From a virus (lineage: Duplodnaviria > Caudoviricetes): a DNA stretch of 37,169 nucleotides. The notes under the pieces were generated by a model. It was not told where the DNA came from. It saw nothing but the letters and a program-made list of their open reading frames with translations, and searched no databases. How positions within the stretch are numbered: the stretch's first letter is position 1; each line of letters opens with the position of its first letter. The DNA is taken from positions 1 through 37,169 of IMG/VR virus record IMGVR_UViG_3300037408_000121. One strand, 5' to 3'. Of the stretch, positions 1 to 9,002 are shown one piece after another. The translations under genes were made by a program, and so were the position numbers.

Positions 1-1085
1 GGGCGGCCAAGGCCAAGGCCAGCCGGGAGCAAAAGGAGGCCGCAGAGCGCCATCTGGCCGCCTTGGAGCGGGAGCTACGGGACGCCAAGGCCCGCGCCTC
101 CAGCCTAGCCGCCGAGCGGGTCAAGCTGCTCTCCCAACTGGAGGTCGTCGAGGCGCTGGACGTCCGCTCCGAGCAGGTGAAGAAGCGGCTCGCATGGCTC
201 TCCCCCTCGGCCCCTAGCAAGGGGCATCGGGCGACCCTGACGCTGATGGTCTCGGACACGCACTTCGACGAGGTCGTGGACCCCGCCGAGGTCCAGGATG
301 CCAACGCCTACAACCGCGCCATCGCCGAGCAGCGCCTCCGCCGCACGTTCGAGGGCGGGGTCCGGCTGGCGAAGCACTACCTGTCCGGCGTGACCTACGA
401 CGGCTGCGTGCTGCTGCTCGGGGGCGACATCTTCAGCGGGAACATCCACGAGGAGCTTGCCCGGACCAACGCGGACACGATCTTCGGCTCCTTCCTCTAC
501 TGGATGGACCCGATGCTGGCGGGCATCGAGCTGCTGGTCAAGGAGTTCGGGCGGGCTCACATCGTCGCAGTGGTGGGGAACCACGGGCGGATGTCCCGCA
601 AGCCCATCGCCAAGCAGCGGGCGCTCGACAACCTGGACTACCTGTTCTACCGGACGCTGCACAAGCTCGCGCAGCGCGACGGCCGGATGGCGGAGCGGGT
701 GACGTGGGAGGTGCCGCGCTCGCCAGACGCGAACTTCTCCATCTACTCCGTGAAGTACCAGCTCACCCACGGCGACCAGTTCAAGGGCGGCAGCGGCATC
801 AGCGGCCTCATGGCCCCGCTCGCGCTCGGCCAGCACCGCAAGTCCAGGCGGCAGGCTCTCATCGGCAAGCCCTACGACTACCTCGTGCACGGGCACTGGC
901 ACCAGCAGACCGCGTGGAAGCAGATCATCGGCTCCGGCTCTCTGAAGGGCTACGACGAGTTCGCCTTCGTGAACAACTGGGACTTCGAGGTGCCGCAGCA
1001 GCCGCTCTGGATCACCACGCCCGAGCGCGGCATCACCTTCAGCGCCCCGGTCTTCTCGATGGACAGGAAAGAGGAGGGCTGGTGA
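1..1085 (+). CDS. Calcineurin-like metallophosphoesterase with coiled-coil N-terminus (5'-truncated)
   Basis: Motifs SDTHFDE, GGDIFSG, GNHG, HGD and GHWH in the expected order; frame is open from position 3, so the true start probably lies upstream. Confidence 0.85.
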   Translation, partial: AAKAKASREQKEAAERHLAALERELRDAKARASSLAAERVKLLSQLEVVEALDVRSEQVKKRLAWLSPSAPSKGHRATLTLMVSDTHFDEVVDPAEVQDANAYNRAIAEQRLRRTFEGGVRLAKHYLSGVTYDGCVLLLGGDIFSGNIHEELARTNADTIFGSFLYWMDPMLAGIELLVKEFGRAHIVAVVGNHGRMSRKPIAKQRALDNLDYLFYRTLHKLAQRDGRMAERVTWEVPRSPDANFSIYSVKYQLTHGDQFKGGSGISGLMAPLALGQHRKSRRQALIGKPYDYLVHGHWHQQTAWKQIIGSGSLKGYDEFAFVNNWDFEVPQQPLWITTPERGITFSAPVFSMDRKEEGW

Positions 1086-1309
1086 TGCTGCGCGTAGAGG
1101 TCATCCTCGACCCGGCCAGCGGAGGCCCGGACGAGACCATCGCCCACGTGAGAATCGTGAACGACGGGACCGGCTCGGCGGTGTTCGGCAACTACTACGC
1201 GGACGTGGTGGAGAACGGGCGGCGCAGGCGGGTCAAGGTCGCTAGGTTCCCGCGAGCGTCCGGCGCTCTCGCGCTGGTCCGTGCCGTGCTGGAGAGAGCC
1301 AAGGTATGA
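1085..1309 (+). CDS. Hypothetical protein (74 aa, MLRVEVILDP...)
   Basis: TGATG overlap with upstream stop; GGAGG upstream; 3' part of track ORF 704..1309. Confidence 0.7.
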   Translation: MLRVEVILDPASGGPDETIAHVRIVNDGTGSAVFGNYYADVVENGRRRRVKVARFPRASGALALVRAVLERAKV

Positions 1310-1575
1310 ACGGGCGCATCCAGAAGTCCGTCCGCCTCCCCTTCGGCTACGTCGTCCACATCGAGTTCGTGGACGAGCCGAAGATGCGAGACGAGGCGGA
1401 CTGCGACCATGAGGACCTGACCCCGGACGGGCTGTGGGACGACGAGACGCGCACCATCTGGATCATGCAGAACCTGCCGACGAAGCGCCTCCGCTACGTC
1501 CTGGCCCACGAGCTTCACCACGCCATCGTCGACTACCTGCACCACCTCTTCAACGAAGGAGCCGCCTGCCCATGA
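1306..1575 (+). CDS. Small HExxH metallopeptidase-like protein (ImmA/IrrE-like fold)
   Basis: GLWD...TIWI...VLAHELHHA; ATGA overlap with upstream gene. Confidence 0.7.
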   Translation: MNGRIQKSVRLPFGYVVHIEFVDEPKMRDEADCDHEDLTPDGLWDDETRTIWIMQNLPTKRLRYVLAHELHHAIVDYLHHLFNEGAACP

Positions 1576-1904
1576 GTGACCCGACGTTCTTTGACGCCTT
1601 CGCCAACTTCCAGACGCTCGTCGCCGACCTGCTGCTCAAGAAGGCCGTCGAGAAGGGCTACTCGGGTGGCGGAAAGGCTGGCGGGCGCAAGCTCATCGAC
1701 TTCGTCGCCGAGGAGATCGCGGACGGGGATGGTCACGCGCTCGGCGAGATCGTCTACAAAGCCCGGCGCTACAAGAACAAGCGCAATCCTGAAGACCTCG
1801 TGAAGGTGGCTGCGTGGGCGTTCCTGGCTTGGGACCGTAACGAGCGCCGTGCTACGCTCGCTGCGGAGGAGGCGGAGGAGGAGGATGCGGCGCAGCGACC
1901 TTGA
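1572..1904 (+). CDS. Hypothetical helical protein, possibly MazG/DUF3310-like nucleotide-associated
   Basis: ATGA overlap; pattern GEIVYKARRY.NK.NPEDLVKVAAW; family call is tentative. Confidence 0.55.
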   Translation: MSDPTFFDAFANFQTLVADLLLKKAVEKGYSGGGKAGGRKLIDFVAEEIADGDGHALGEIVYKARRYKNKRNPEDLVKVAAWAFLAWDRNERRATLAAEEAEEEDAAQRP

Positions 1905-4900
1905 GCTGGCGCGGCGAGAGTCGCCCTTCGTCGTCTTCCGGTTCCCTACACCTCACGCAGAGGTGGTCCTGGGGGGCATCCCGTGGTCCGTCCTGCGAGA
2001 CAAGGACTCGTTCCTCGTCGTCGACACGGACACGCGGCGCATCGTCTCCGAGCACGAAGCTGAGCCGGAGGCCGTCCGCGCGCTGACCATCCTCCACGCC
2101 GAGCACGCCGAGCGCCCGTGGGTCGGGGCTGGCGAAGCCCTGATGAATCCGTATCACGACGACAAAGGACGCTTTGCAACGAAGGGTGGGGGAGGCGGCG
2201 GCTCAGCGGCGATGGGCGTCCCGTCCCACACCGAGGCCGTCGGCGCTGCCGAGGCCGCTGGCGCGAAGTACGGCTTCTCCGTCAAGGCGAAGTACCTCCC
2301 CGGCGAACACCAGCAGGATCACCATGAGGCTAGGCTGCGGCGGTCGGCGCTGCACGTCGCGGCTGCGTCGGACAAGCTGGCCGAGGTCGGACTAGGGGAG
2401 GAGCTGAAGGGCCTAGAGGTCACGTTGCTCTCGCGCGGGGCCTCGAAGGGAGCGATCCACCCGAACACCATCGCCGAGTACAAGCAGGGGACGCTCAAGA
2501 CGGTCCTCGTGAACAGCACCAGCCCCGCGTTCGGGTCGCACTTCAAGGAGTCCCCAGGCTCCAAGTCCACGGACGCCTCCACCCACACCTTCGTCCATGA
2601 GGTCGGCCACCGCATCTACGAGAAGTACCGCACCGAGAAGTCGGGCGGGCAGTGGAAGGCGGACCAGGCGCTCATGCACAAGGCGGGCGTCGAAAAGAAG
2701 GTCAGCCGCTACGCGCAGGTGCACAGGTGGGAGTTCGTGGCTGAGGTCTTCGCGGGGATGGCTCACGGCAAGAGTTACCCGTCCGAGGTCATGTCGCTCT
2801 ACGACAAGTGGACCGGGCCGAAGATGCCGAGGCCGAAGGGCGCTCCGCCGTGGGAGCAGCACTTCAATCCTAACCACGACCAGCGAGGGCGCTTCGCAAC
2901 GGGCGGGGGCGGGAGCGGAGTCGCTGAGGTGGCGCACTTCGAGCTGGCCCGCTTCGACGCCAACCAGCCTCGCGCACCACGAGGCTCCACCATCGGCGGC
3001 CAGTGGGTGTCGGCGGTGTCTGGTCCCATCCCCACCACCGCAGTCGACGCGCAGGGCATGAAGAAGGTCGGCGGCAAGCTCGGCGGGTCAAGCGATGGTG
3101 GGCAGTACATCGACGCCGACGGCAACGCTTGGTACGTCAAGACCGCGTCTTCTCCAGAAGCGGCTCGCCAGGAGGCCCTCGCTGCCCGGCTGTACCGCCT
3201 CACTGGGGCGGAGACGGCAGAGGTTCATCTCGGCGTGGACGCGAACGGCAATCCGGCCGTCGCCTCCAAGCTGGTCCCGACAGAGGGTGCGGCTGGACCC
3301 GGTCACCCTGGCGCTCTGGAGAACTTCGCCGCAGACGCATGGCTGGCGAACTGGGACGTGGCCGGTCAGTCTCACGACAACCTGCTGGTCTCGAACGGCA
3401 AGGCCGTCCGCATGGACATGGGCGGGGCGCTGGAGTTCCGGGCGCAGGGCAAGCCGAAGTACGGCGGCCTCCCGAACGAGGTCTCCGAGATGAACACCCT
3501 GCGCGACCCAGGCGTCAACGCTCAGACCGCTGCCGTGTTCGGCGGCATGAGCAAGGGTCAGATCCTCGACTCCATCGGACGTCTGGAGAAGGTCTCCGAC
3601 GCCGACATCAACGCAGCGTTCGACGGGCTCGGGTTCCCCCCGGCGAAGAGGGCGGCGCTTGCTGCCACCATCATCGCCCGCAAGAACTACCTGCTCGACA
3701 TCCGATCCGCAGAGCTGAAGGCGAAGGCCGCAGGCCCGCAGAAGGACTACAGCGGCAAGCTCTACAAGGGCGACGACCCGATCCCGTTCAAGGACAACCG
3801 CTCGCACCTGCTTCAGGACCCGGCGAACCAGTCGCGTCCGCCGCTGATTCCTAGCGGCCCGCAGCTCAGGGCCTTGCGCGAGGCCGGTAGCTTCGACCAC
3901 TCGCCTTCGTCGTGGGATGCCCCGGACCACCCGAGGCCGGACGACTACGGCGTGCCGACCAACCCGAACTCGGCCGAGTACAAGCGGCTGGCGCAGGCTG
4001 GCCGGTCCATGCTCAACGACTGGTCCGGCGACGCGCAGAGCAAGGGCGCGACGCTCATCAAGAGAGCGGCTGGCCGCGTCTTCAACGCGAACGGCATCGC
4101 CTACAACGACAGCTACAAGCAGGAGTCGGAGCAGGAGCGGTGGGACAACGACCGCGTCGTCCGCATGATCTACAAGGACACCCAGTATCGGCTCCACGAA
4201 GCTGGCGTGACTGCGGACGACCGTGTGCACCTGTTCCGTGGGGTGAAGGGAACCGTCACGACCCCTGGAATCCTTGAGGGGCACTCCGCGAAGCTCTCCA
4301 AGGCTAAGGACTTCGCGGGGTCTAGCGGGCAGGTCTTCGACCGGGCCGTCCATCCGAGCGAGATATTCGTGGACCACCGCTCCGCGATGTGGAACGACGG
4401 GTTCGACTACGAGCGCGAGTACCTTGTGTTCGCTGGCGGCTTTGGGGCACCGGCCACCAAGACGAAGGTGATGCCTGGCGGCGTCAAGTCGGCGGTGAAG
4501 ACGATCAACACCTACCAGCAGAACAGCTCGCTCATCCCCGGACTCGCCGGAACGTCGGGGGCGAAGACCTACACGCCGCCGACCGCAGCGACGCCCGCTA
4601 TCGCCAAGCCAGCCGCACCAGCGGCAGCGCCGACGGCCTACACCATTAGCCCCGCAGCGATCAAGGCGGCGTCTGCGCCAGCCCTCTCGCCCGCCGATGC
4701 CTCTCTTGTCGCGGCGATCAAGGCCACGAAGCCGAAGAAGACCTACGCGAAGGTGACGGACGCAGCCATCGTCAAGGTCAAGGAGATGCACATCAGCGGG
4801 TCCAAGTTCACGGCTATCGCCAAGGAAACCGGCCTGTCGAACGGCGTCATCGTCGGCATCCTTCAGGGCTCCTCCAAGAAGTACGCTCAGACCGGCCCGA

Positions 4901-5067
4901 GGCTCCCTGGCATGGCGAAGAAGCTCGGCATCTCGCCCGATGTCTTCTCCAAGATCAAGGCGGCGGCGGTCATCGGGAAGGTCCCGCTCGACGTGATCGC
5001 AAAGCAGTACGGCATCCCGGTGTGGAAGGTCCAGGCCGTCGCCTACTCGAAGAAGAAGGGCACCTAG
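1885..5067 (+). CDS. Polyvalent protein: tag-zincin metallopeptidase, tag-kinase-like (HipA/CtkA/PI3-4K-like), ADP-ribosyltransferase-like, C-terminal HTHs
   Basis: ATG at 1885 after GGAGGAGG; HEVGH...VSRYA...EFVAEVF (2596 on); GGS..GG.Y..WYVK...EALA..LY...WLANWD...DNLLV...RMDMG (3070-3425); LFRG...HS...EREY (4231-4422); Ala/Pro linker then two HTH-like segments. Confidence 0.8.
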   Translation: MRRSDLELARRESPFVVFRFPTPHAEVVLGGIPWSVLRDKDSFLVVDTDTRRIVSEHEAEPEAVRALTILHAEHAERPWVGAGEALMNPYHDDKGRFATKGGGGGGSAAMGVPSHTEAVGAAEAAGAKYGFSVKAKYLPGEHQQDHHEARLRRSALHVAAASDKLAEVGLGEELKGLEVTLLSRGASKGAIHPNTIAEYKQGTLKTVLVNSTSPAFGSHFKESPGSKSTDASTHTFVHEVGHRIYEKYRTEKSGGQWKADQALMHKAGVEKKVSRYAQVHRWEFVAEVFAGMAHGKSYPSEVMSLYDKWTGPKMPRPKGAPPWEQHFNPNHDQRGRFATGGGGSGVAEVAHFELARFDANQPRAPRGSTIGGQWVSAVSGPIPTTAVDAQGMKKVGGKLGGSSDGGQYIDADGNAWYVKTASSPEAARQEALAARLYRLTGAETAEVHLGVDANGNPAVASKLVPTEGAAGPGHPGALENFAADAWLANWDVAGQSHDNLLVSNGKAVRMDMGGALEFRAQGKPKYGGLPNEVSEMNTLRDPGVNAQTAAVFGGMSKGQILDSIGRLEKVSDADINAAFDGLGFPPAKRAALAATIIARKNYLLDIRSAELKAKAAGPQKDYSGKLYKGDDPIPFKDNRSHLLQDPANQSRPPLIPSGPQLRALREAGSFDHSPSSWDAPDHPRPDDYGVPTNPNSAEYKRLAQAGRSMLNDWSGDAQSKGATLIKRAAGRVFNANGIAYNDSYKQESEQERWDNDRVVRMIYKDTQYRLHEAGVTADDRVHLFRGVKGTVTTPGILEGHSAKLSKAKDFAGSSGQVFDRAVHPSEIFVDHRSAMWNDGFDYEREYLVFAGGFGAPATKTKVMPGGVKSAVKTINTYQQNSSLIPGLAGTSGAKTYTPPTAATPAIAKPAAPAAAPTAYTISPAAIKAASAPALSPADASLVAAIKATKPKKTYAKVTDAAIVKVKEMHISGSKFTAIAKETGLSNGVIVGILQGSSKKYAQTGPRLPGMAKKLGISPDVFSKIKAAAVIGKVPLDVIAKQYGIPVWKVQAVAYSKKKGT

Positions 5068-6993
5068 ATGTTCATCAGGAACTCGATGTCGCGCGAGCGC
5101 GTGCCGCTCATGGAGTACGTTCCTGAGAACGACGAGGACCGTGCGCTCATCAGGCAGTGGCAGCTAGAGGGCACGATTCCAGACGAGGCCCCGGACAGCG
5201 GGCAGAGCATCAAGCCGCCGTCCATCGTCGAGCTGGCTGGAGTGGAGATCGGGGACGTCTGGACGCTGTCCCAGTCCTGCACCGAGCTGTTCGCACTGCC
5301 GCTGTCGGTGCGCGAGGAGTTCCTGCCGGTCATGTCCTGGCTCCACGACATGATGAACGGCGACCCGGTCGACGTGGAGGAGCTTGCCGGAAACGCCCGC
5401 GCCGCCATTACGCAGCCATGGGTGAACGGGCTGACCGAGGACACGCAACGGATGCTCGGCGTGCTTTCGACGCTCGATAACGGCGGCCCAGTGCTGAAAG
5501 AGCGCCATGCGAATCCGTACCACGATGACCGGGGCCGGTTCGCAAGCAAGGGGGTCTCGTCCTCGTCACTGCCGCTCGACGACTTCGCCAGCATCGCGCA
5601 GAAGGTCTACGACGAGTGGGACCAGAGCGACGAAGAGGGGGGCGACCCGGAGCTTGGCTTCGGCGGCATCTGTCAGGACATCGCCGAGGGGATTTCGGGG
5701 AAGCTCAACGAGATGGGCGTCGACGCGACGACCGTCTCTGCGACCATCGGCGACCAGCATGTGTGGGTCGTCGCCAAGCTGAACGACGGGGTCTACAGCA
5801 TCGACATCCCGCCCGGCGTGTACGAGTCGGGCGGCGGCTACAACTGGCAGAAGCTGCCAGGCGTCCAGTTCAGCAAGGACCACATCGTCGTCGACCGGCT
5901 TAGCTCCAACCCGGACGACTTCGACCAGTACACCGAGGAAGCCTTCGCCAACCCATATCACGACGACGCCGGTCGGTTCACCTCGAAAACTGGAGCGGAC
6001 GGAGTAGCCTTCGCCAACAAGCTCGGGGGCGCAGTCGGGCAGCGGGCTTGCCTGTCCGCGATCCGCAAGGCTGGCCTCGAAGGGAACGAGCGGTTGGTCA
6101 TGCACGGGACCGGGGCCTCGGCTCTCCCCTCCATCGCGTCTAGCGGGCTGCGCCCGGCGCAGGGAGCATGGGTGACGGACCCGAAGGCGGTCCACTTCAC
6201 CACCAACGGGATCGAGGCGGTGTCCAGTGGGAGCGTCGCTGAGCTGAAGGCCAGCGGGAAACAGAACGGCGTCATCCTCGTCGCACGACGGTCCTCGCTT
6301 GCTCTAGCTTCAGGACGGCGCTCGCTCATGGCCGTAGGGACCGTCCCACCGTCCGACCTGTTCATCCTCAAGAAGAACGGGAAGCTCGCGCGGCTGTCGC
6401 GGGCCGAGCAGCACGCCAACCCCTACCACGACAAGCGCGGGCGCTTTACGACGGGCGGAGGCGGAGGCGCGTGGAACCCAACAGACAGCCAGCGTGAGGC
6501 GCTGTATGAGTGGCAGGACGACTTCATGGTCGCCGACGAGTTCCGGTCGATGGACGCAGGCAAGACTGAGCCGACCGCTCAGTTTCAAGAGCTGAAGTCG
6601 ATGATCGAGTCTGCCCCGCGCTTTGACGGCCCCGTGTACCGAGGGCTGAGCGGCGTGGTGTCGAGGGACATGGCGTTCTTGCGCGGTAGCGTTGTTCAGG
6701 TACACGGAATGTCGTCTGGCAGCACGAGCTATCAGATGGCGGCCGGTTTTGCCGGAAGAACGCTGGACCTCGATGGCCCGGTCCCGACGATCAGGGACGC
6801 CCCAAAGGGAAGCTCGGTCGTGCTTGTGTTCGAGGGCGGGTCTCGTCACAAGGCAGACATAAGAAGCGCATCTCAGGGCGAGAACGTAGACATGTCGGAG
6901 ATCATCATTCAGAAGTCCAAGTGGAAGGTTAGAAGCGCCAGGACGGTCGGTGACGTTCTGGAGGTGGTGCTGCGTGAGCATGCGACTCGCTGA
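5068..6993 (+). CDS. Polyvalent protein: unknown N-domain plus three tagged modules (Cys-His-Asp papain/transglutaminase-like; HGT-type ART-like; R-S-E ART-like)
   Basis: Tags at 5512, 5950, 6418; GICQDIA..HVWV..SID; HGT..ALPSI..SGLRP..VHFT; YRGL..SSGSTS..SEII. Confidence 0.75.
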   Translation: MFIRNSMSRERVPLMEYVPENDEDRALIRQWQLEGTIPDEAPDSGQSIKPPSIVELAGVEIGDVWTLSQSCTELFALPLSVREEFLPVMSWLHDMMNGDPVDVEELAGNARAAITQPWVNGLTEDTQRMLGVLSTLDNGGPVLKERHANPYHDDRGRFASKGVSSSSLPLDDFASIAQKVYDEWDQSDEEGGDPELGFGGICQDIAEGISGKLNEMGVDATTVSATIGDQHVWVVAKLNDGVYSIDIPPGVYESGGGYNWQKLPGVQFSKDHIVVDRLSSNPDDFDQYTEEAFANPYHDDAGRFTSKTGADGVAFANKLGGAVGQRACLSAIRKAGLEGNERLVMHGTGASALPSIASSGLRPAQGAWVTDPKAVHFTTNGIEAVSSGSVAELKASGKQNGVILVARRSSLALASGRRSLMAVGTVPPSDLFILKKNGKLARLSRAEQHANPYHDKRGRFTTGGGGGAWNPTDSQREALYEWQDDFMVADEFRSMDAGKTEPTAQFQELKSMIESAPRFDGPVYRGLSGVVSRDMAFLRGSVVQVHGMSSGSTSYQMAAGFAGRTLDLDGPVPTIRDAPKGSSVVLVFEGGSRHKADIRSASQGENVDMSEIIIQKSKWKVRSARTVGDVLEVVLREHATR

Positions 6994-8158
6994 GGCGCGG
7001 TTCATCGGAGACCGGGATATCAGTACCGGGCTCCTCGTCGTCATCCCTCCTCGCCCGGAGGCCCACTTCAACCCGAACCACGCTGTCGGCTATCAACGAC
7101 ACTTCAACCCCTACCATGACGACAGGGGCAGGTTCGCGCCGAAGGCTGGCGGTGCGGGAGGCGCGGCCCCGATCATGGCGGAGCCGACCGTCCCACCCGC
7201 CGTCGGTCCTCCGTACTCCCCGGACCCCACGGAGGACGCCGATGGGGACGGCGTGACCGACCGCGCCGTCGTCGGTGTAGCTGCCAACGAGGTCCCACCA
7301 CCACCGGCCCACGTACCGCGCCTGCCGAACCTCACTGCGGACGAGCGCGCCGTCGAGTCGTCCTTCGCCGACAAGTACGAGGCCGACCCGGACGGCATGG
7401 CGAAGCAGTACCTAGACGACGTGAAGAGCGGTCGCGCGAACGCCGACGGGACCAACATCTTCGGCACGGACGACACGAAGTACCTCGCGGGGTTTGGCGG
7501 CGACAAGGACAAGGCCGCCCAGTACAACACGGCCATCCATCAGACGGCGAACGCGATAGCAAAGCGGGCCTTCGTGATGCGGCTGGACGAGCTGAAGGAC
7601 GCTCCAGAGGAGCAGCGGACGGTCCTAGTGACGGCGGGCGGCTGCGCGGCTGGCAAGGGCTACGCGCTCGGCAAGGTGCGCGAGACGCAGTCGATGGCGG
7701 CGAAGGTCGGAGCCGTGTGGGACTCGGCTGGCGAGCAGAATGGGACCGAGAACCCCTGGATTCTCGCCGAGTGCGCCAAGCGCAACATCAGGGTCGCCTT
7801 CGTCTACGTCCACGCGGACCCGGCCTCGGCCTACAAGCGGGCCATCAGCAGGGCGAACGAGAAGGGGCGCATGATCGACGCTCGCGTCTTCGCGGACTCC
7901 TACGCCATCGGCGGCCGGAACTTCCACCAGTTCATGCGCCGCAACGCGCAGAACCCGCTGGCGAGCTTCCACGTTATCGACGCCGAGCGCCCGGCCCCGG
8001 CGAGGGTCGCAACGCTCCCGCGCCGGGCCTACACGATGCGCTCCAGGCCGCTGTGGAAGAAGGCGCTCGACACCACGAGCGCCATGCAGGGGCAACTGAA
8101 GCCGTCCGTGATTCGCGGCGCGGTCGCTGGCACGCGCATCTGGGGCTCCAATGGTTGA
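6980..8158 (+). CDS. Tagged zeta-toxin-like P-loop kinase
   Basis: ATG 6980 with GGAGG/GGTGG upstream; Walker A-like VLVTAGGCAAGKG (7637-7660); lid motif RAISRANEKGRMI. Confidence 0.75.
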   Translation: MRLAEARFIGDRDISTGLLVVIPPRPEAHFNPNHAVGYQRHFNPYHDDRGRFAPKAGGAGGAAPIMAEPTVPPAVGPPYSPDPTEDADGDGVTDRAVVGVAANEVPPPPAHVPRLPNLTADERAVESSFADKYEADPDGMAKQYLDDVKSGRANADGTNIFGTDDTKYLAGFGGDKDKAAQYNTAIHQTANAIAKRAFVMRLDELKDAPEEQRTVLVTAGGCAAGKGYALGKVRETQSMAAKVGAVWDSAGEQNGTENPWILAECAKRNIRVAFVYVHADPASAYKRAISRANEKGRMIDARVFADSYAIGGRNFHQFMRRNAQNPLASFHVIDAERPAPARVATLPRRAYTMRSRPLWKKALDTTSAMQGQLKPSVIRGAVAGTRIWGSNG

Positions 8159-9002
8159 TATCAAGCAGCTCGGGGAAGAGATAGCCGAGGGCATGGCTGC
8201 GGCCATGCGCGACGGCGACCCGAAGGAGTGGGACGACCGCCAGTCGGAACACCAGGCCAGGCTCGCGGCAGAACACGAGGACCCGACGCTGCCGCCAGCG
8301 CCAGCCCTGAACGCTGACGGCTCGCTGCGCCGTGGCTACGACCGGCTCTACACCGAGGTTCGGGAGCGCCTTTTCAACCCCTACCATGACGAGCGCGGTC
8401 GGTTCACGGGCAAGACGGGCGGCGGCTACATGGCCGTCCGTGGCGGCACTTTTTACGAGACGGACGAGGGCGATATGTGGGGTGGCCGACCCATCACGAG
8501 GGGGCGAGAAAAGCAGCAGGCGAACGTGCGGCGGGCCGTCAAGGGCGCGCTCGCCAAGCTCAAGGCGCGTGGCGTTGACGTTGGCGAGGTGAACATCAAC
8601 TACACGTCGTGGGGGCCGAAAGGCCCGGTGGCCTCTGGCGCTGTCGGCAGCGGAGGCCCAGGCAAGGTCGGCAGAATCAGAATCAACATGGCGAACCCCT
8701 GTTGGGGCAATCCGAAGAAGTACGAGGCGGCCCAGGCCAGGGCGAAAATCTGGTCCTCCGACGCGGGAACCGCCGCCATCATCCACGAGGTCGGCCACAC
8801 CCTGCACCGCGCATCGCACAGGGTGATTAGGGCACGCGTCGACATGGCCGTGGCGAGCAAGGTCAGTTCCTATGCCTGCTCTTCACAGGGCGAGTTCGTG
8901 GCCGAGACGTTCGCTGGACTGGTCGCTGGCAAGCGATACCCGAACGAAGTGTTGGGCCTCTACCGACAGCTCGGCGGCCCGCCCGTTGGAGGAAGACGAT
9001 GA
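8151..9002 (+). CDS. Unknown N-domain plus tagged zincin metallopeptidase
   Basis: Tag at 8376; IIHEVGH (His at 8784)...VSSYA...EFVAETF; paralogous to the zincin in 1885..5067. Confidence 0.8.
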   Translation: MVDIKQLGEEIAEGMAAAMRDGDPKEWDDRQSEHQARLAAEHEDPTLPPAPALNADGSLRRGYDRLYTEVRERLFNPYHDERGRFTGKTGGGYMAVRGGTFYETDEGDMWGGRPITRGREKQQANVRRAVKGALAKLKARGVDVGEVNINYTSWGPKGPVASGAVGSGGPGKVGRIRINMANPCWGNPKKYEAAQARAKIWSSDAGTAAIIHEVGHTLHRASHRVIRARVDMAVASKVSSYACSSQGEFVAETFAGLVAGKRYPNEVLGLYRQLGGPPVGGRR

